Shown here: one piece after another, positions 60,360 through 64,000 of the stretch | Numbering within the stretch: the stretch's first letter is position 1 | Layout: every line of letters begins with the position of its first letter | DNA from: Candidatus Latescibacterota bacterium | Lineage (GTDB): Bacteria > Latescibacterota > UBA2968 > UBA8231 | Reading direction: 5' to 3' | Length of the DNA stretch: 64,000 bases | NCBI GenBank assembly: GCA_963422735.1 | Contig: OY730476.1 | Span: 928,001-992,000 of the forward strand | Notes under the pieces: generated by a model | Database searches by the model: none | Told to the model about the DNA's origin: nothing | What the model saw: the letters and a program-made list of their open reading frames with translations, nothing else | Position numbers and translations under genes: made by a program

Positions 60360-61307
60360 ATGAAAGAGCTACTCTTATTGTCGGCGCTCGCCGCCATCTT
60401 TTTGACGTTCTTCTCCACAGGAGCCGCCCAAGCCGACACCGCGCACGAGTCCTTTGACGTGGAGCCGGGCGACCGCCTAATAGTGGACACCGAATGGAGT
60501 GCCATTGAGGTCCATACTTGGGATCGCCCCGAGGTGGAGTTGGTCGTGGAACGAGCCGATAAACTCGATCTAGCATACGACCAAGAGGCGGGTACCACGA
60601 CCATCCGGGGCCGCAAAAAAGATGCCGGCCTGTCCGACTTCTTCGGCCTTGCGAAGGGACGCGCCCCCCTGTTCCGCCTCACGGTGCCGCACCGGCACGA
60701 TTTGGAACTGAACACCTCCGGCGGTGGCATTGAGGTAGGCGATCTTCTGGGACGCGTCGCGGCCCAGACTTCGGGCGGCAATCTGAGCTTTGGCCACATT
60801 GAAGGACCGATCGAGGGCAAAACGTCGGGTGGGTCCATTTCTCTAAGAGGTTGCTCTGGCAGGGCGTCGGTGTCCACTTCGGGGGGCTCCATCCACATTG
60901 GAGAGGTGGACGGGGAGGTGCGAGCTAAGACTTCGGGCGGGTCCATCCACATTAGCCGGGCCCAAGGCTCGGTGCAGGCCAAGACCTCGGGCGGCTCTAT
61001 CAAAGTGGATGAAGTGCTAGGGCCTATCGAGGCTCGGACCTCAGGTGGCTCCATTCGCGCCCAACTCTCGCAGCAGCCTCACGGTCCTTGCCACCTCGGG
61101 ACTTCGGGCGGCAATGTAGAGGTCTCCCTCGCTTCGGATATCGGTTTGCAGGTGGACGCCCGCACGTCGGGTGGGCGCGTCTCCACCGACTTCCCGGTAT
61201 CACAGGTCACGCTAGATAAAAACAGCCTCAAGGCCTCGATCAACGGCGGTGGTCCCCTCATGATTCTGCGCACCTCGGGCGGGTCCATCCGCCTGCACAA
61301 ACTGTAG
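60360..61307 (+). CDS. DUF4097 beta-strand repeat protein
   Basis: Signal peptide, about ten TSGG repeats and an AAGGAGG RBS. Confidence 0.9.
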   Translation: MKELLLLSALAAIFLTFFSTGAAQADTAHESFDVEPGDRLIVDTEWSAIEVHTWDRPEVELVVERADKLDLAYDQEAGTTTIRGRKKDAGLSDFFGLAKGRAPLFRLTVPHRHDLELNTSGGGIEVGDLLGRVAAQTSGGNLSFGHIEGPIEGKTSGGSISLRGCSGRASVSTSGGSIHIGEVDGEVRAKTSGGSIHISRAQGSVQAKTSGGSIKVDEVLGPIEARTSGGSIRAQLSQQPHGPCHLGTSGGNVEVSLASDIGLQVDARTSGGRVSTDFPVSQVTLDKNSLKASINGGGPLMILRTSGGSIRLHKL

Positions 61308-61333
61308 CACTACACAGCACCGCCTTTTGGTCG

Positions 61334-61371
61334 AAGGGGTTCGACGGCTTTGGGTCGTTGAACCCTTTTTT
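61334..61371 (+). terminator. Rho-independent terminator
   Basis: GGGTTCGACGGC / GTCGTTGAACCC stem followed by a T tract. Confidence 0.8.
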
Positions 61372-61509
61372 GCGTTTTTAGAAGTCTGCAGTGCGCGAAC
61401 TCTCGATAAAAAGTACATCTTTGACATTTAGGGTGCCGGTTTTCTATTTGGTGAGCAAGGCAGCCAGAAATGGGACCGGCGGAGGTAGAACCTGTCGCGG
61501 CCGCAGCAG

Positions 61510-62463
61510 CTAATGCGTCCAGCGCGAGAGCGCGTCCAACTCTGCTCGCTCCTCATCCCCCAACTCCACTTCCAACGCCCCAACAACTTCCTCCACGTGC
61601 TCGGGGCGGTCTGGGCCGATGATCGGGGCGGTAACATCCTCGTTAGCCAATATCCAAGCGACGGCAACTTGCGCCGGGGTCTTGTCCTGTGCCCGACCGA
61701 TCTCGATCAGCTTTTGCACGATTCGCTCGCATTTTTCGCTCATGGCCTCGGCAAAGCGCGCATCGTCCTGCCAAGCGCTATCGGCCGGTGGCTTTTGCCC
61801 GCGCGTAAAGCGGCCGCTCAACAGGCCGACGGCCAGCGGACTGTAGGTCATCATGCCGAGTCCGTGCTGCCGGCACAAAGGCAACAGTTCCGGTTCTATT
61901 TGCCAGCGCTGCAACAGGTTGTACTGATTTTGTAAGGTGAACAGTGGGTCCAGCCCTCCGCGGTCAGCCGCCCACAGCGCCTCCACTACTTGGGCGGCGG
62001 TAAAATTGCACGCCCCCACATAGCGCACCTTGCCCTGCCGCACCAAGTCGTCAAACGCCCGCAGCGTCTCGTCGAGTTCGGTGTCTGCATCCCAGTTGTG
62101 CAACAGGTAGATATCGATGTGGTCGGTCGCCAGCCGCCTAAGCGACCGCTCGATCTCGCGCATGATGGCAAAGCGCGACAGGCCGCGGTCGTTGGGACCG
62201 TCGCCGATTTGACTCCAAACCTTAGTGGTAATCACCAAATCGTCGCGCTTGCCCTTGATGGCCTTGCCCAACAGCTCCTCGCAGTGCCCCTGAAAGTAGT
62301 AGTTGGCGCAATCGAGAAAATTGCACCCTAGATCAATGGCGGTCTCGACCGTGCGCACAGCGGTCGCCTCGTCGGTCTGCCCGTGCCAGTATCCTCGAAA
62401 GGCCGTACCCAAGCACAGCCGCGAAACCTTGACTCCAGCCCGTCCCAATCGCACGTAATCCAT
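61510..62463 (-). CDS. Aldo/keto reductase
   Basis: LCLGT, DCANYY, ITTK, IDIYLLH, GKVRYVG and YSPLA motifs. Confidence 0.93.
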   Translation of the reverse strand: MDYVRLGRAGVKVSRLCLGTAFRGYWHGQTDEATAVRTVETAIDLGCNFLDCANYYFQGHCEELLGKAIKGKRDDLVITTKVWSQIGDGPNDRGLSRFAIMREIERSLRRLATDHIDIYLLHNWDADTELDETLRAFDDLVRQGKVRYVGACNFTAAQVVEALWAADRGGLDPLFTLQNQYNLLQRWQIEPELLPLCRQHGLGMMTYSPLAVGLLSGRFTRGQKPPADSAWQDDARFAEAMSEKCERIVQKLIEIGRAQDKTPAQVAVAWILANEDVTAPIIGPDRPEHVEEVVGALEVELGDEERAELDALSRWTH

Positions 62464-62537
62464 GTTCTCTCCTAATTCAATTACTGACGGTACGCATCGT
62501 CCTGCCTGTACAGCTAGGCACTGGCAGCTATAGAAAT

Positions 62538-62692
62538 GCTTCGCCTCCGTCGTCGCGCCTAAGGGACTCCGCTCAGCATAGACAGGAGCTGGTGCGTTTC
62601 GTCCTTGTCATGCTGAGCGCAGCGGAGTCGAACTATTTCATACCTAAGCATCCGTCAATTATAGATGTGGGGGCACCCCTTGTAGGTGCCCG
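62538..62692. repeat. REP-like palindrome cluster
   Basis: CGCTCAGCATAGACA / TGTCATGCTGAGCG inverted pair plus a GGGCACC-CCTTGTA-GGTGCCC hairpin. Confidence 0.6.
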
Positions 62693-62697
62693 CGTCC

Positions 62698-64000
62698 TTA
62701 CCAAGCCGTTGGCAAGTCGTATGTCGGCGCGTTCGCGTGCCGCTGTAAGCCGATTTCGAGGCGGATTTCAGTCCCCGGTGGCAAGGCCACCGCAAAGTGC
62801 GCGTCGCGTACGGCAACGTGCTCAATCGTCTGCTCCACAGGCGGCGCGGCATAGCTTCCCACCGCGCCCGGGTACGCGCTTTGTAAGGTGTTGTACGCGA
62901 CCTCCTCAAACCGATGCTCGGCCAAGGAGCCGGCTTGCAGCAGCACCTTGCGGGAGGCCATACCGCTGAGGTTCACTAAGTGGACCACGAGGCGATCCCG
63001 CTTTACGGTCTCGACGAGCGCGGCCACATCCGCTGGCAAGCCCGGGCGTTTGCGCTCGGCGTCAAAGTAGCGCAGCGGGGCCGTCAAGATACCGCCGTTG
63101 TACAGGAGCTGCGGCGCGCCCAAGGTTAGCTGGATGAGTGCCTCGGTCGTCACCGGGTTTAGCTGCTGCCACCAGTGGATGTGGTTGTCGCGAGGGTCGG
63201 TTGCGTCGCAGCGGATAAGCTCTAGGCGGCGATAGACTTGGGCCAAAGCAGCCTGGAGGATCTGCACCGGGTAGTCGGGGTTTTCGCCCTTGAGATAGCA
63301 AAACCACGGCGGCTCGTGATAGGCGTCCTCTTTGTTGTGGAAAGACACCACCGTGCGCCAGTCGTAGCACTCTTTGGCGCGGAGCGTTTCGAGCATCTCC
63401 CAATCAACCGCCGCCCCGCTCGCGTTCCACAGCGCGGCCGGATACATGGCCGCCAGCGGCTGGAAGTCCGACCACCCCTTGGCCCCGTAGCAATAGGGCA
63501 CCACAAAGCTGACCTTGTCGTTGCCGAGGGCGGTTAGCTGGCCGATCCAGTGCTCGCCCAAGCTCATCTCGATTTGGCCCAAGTCGGCCATTTTCCCTTG
63601 CTCTAAGACCTTTCTGAGCTGAGTGCGGGGCAGTTCGAGATACCTTTCCTCACCGGTCAGCACATAGCAATGGGTGCCGGCCAAAATGGCCGCCATGGCG
63701 ATGTTGTACAACCCGTGCGGCCACGTCCAGCCGTACATGCTCCCATACCAGCGTCCTCCCATGTATTCTCCGACCTGCCCGGAAAGCCCCACGTTGTCGG
63801 GCAACAGGCCCCCATTGGCCGCGGCCCTTGCGATCCAAGCATCCACATATTCGAGCAGCCAAGCGCGGTATTTGTCGTCGCCGGTCAGGTAAAACGCGTT
63901 GGCTATCAGCGAGGTGACGTGCAGGTTGGTGGCGCAATCGCCCCGGGCCATGCGCTCCTTCATGGCCTGCCCCATGCGCCGCGCCTTGGCCGGGTCCTCG
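62698..64000 (-). CDS. Hypothetical protein, probable alpha/alpha-barrel (partial, starts beyond window)
   Basis: Long open frame running to the window end; LPDNVG, YGWTWPHG, NPVTTEAL and RPGLPADVAALV. Confidence 0.75.
   Translation of the reverse strand, partial: EDPAKARRMGQAMKERMARGDCATNLHVTSLIANAFYLTGDDKYRAWLLEYVDAWIARAAANGGLLPDNVGLSGQVGEYMGGRWYGSMYGWTWPHGLYNIAMAAILAGTHCYVLTGEERYLELPRTQLRKVLEQGKMADLGQIEMSLGEHWIGQLTALGNDKVSFVVPYCYGAKGWSDFQPLAAMYPAALWNASGAAVDWEMLETLRAKECYDWRTVVSFHNKEDAYHEPPWFCYLKGENPDYPVQILQAALAQVYRRLELIRCDATDPRDNHIHWWQQLNPVTTEALIQLTLGAPQLLYNGGILTAPLRYFDAERKRPGLPADVAALVETVKRDRLVVHLVNLSGMASRKVLLQAGSLAEHRFEEVAYNTLQSAYPGAVGSYAAPPVEQTIEHVAVRDAHFAVALPPGTEIRLEIGLQRHANAPTYDLPTAW

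Noticed and set aside
60299-61054. 251-aa antisense ORF with PPEV repeats
   Set aside because: It is the mirror of the TSGG repeats in the DUF4097 gene.

Overview
A GC-rich bacterial chromosome segment with no rRNA, tRNA or CRISPR array that I can see. It is dominated by carbohydrate and small-molecule catabolic genes: three Gfo/Idh/MocA oxidoreductases, an FGGY kinase, an enolase-family enzyme, a UxuA-like dehydratase, a sialidase, an esterase and six PhyH/2OG-Fe(II) dioxygenases. It also carries ilvD and a pabB-pabC fusion. This gene content resembles Latescibacterota/Poribacteria-type sponge symbionts, which is an inference only. The intergenic DNA is full of collapsed pseudogenes, many of them defence or toxin-antitoxin relics. 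The most notable non-annotated structures are: (1) a 148-bp dispersed element present twice, each copy tailed by a different but related 7-bp tandem array; (2) a sigma54/IHF-type promoter ahead of a 6-Cys defensin-like secreted peptide and tandem secreted paralogues; (3) a C16 tract holding a glycosyltransferase out of frame, a phase-variation candidate; (4) a 57-bp direct repeat bracketing a 4.8-kb block with a PQQ-dehydrogenase-ankyrin fusion; and (5) a second MITE-like family carrying dRS3-like palindromes. All family assignments come from motif recognition by eye, not from database searches.
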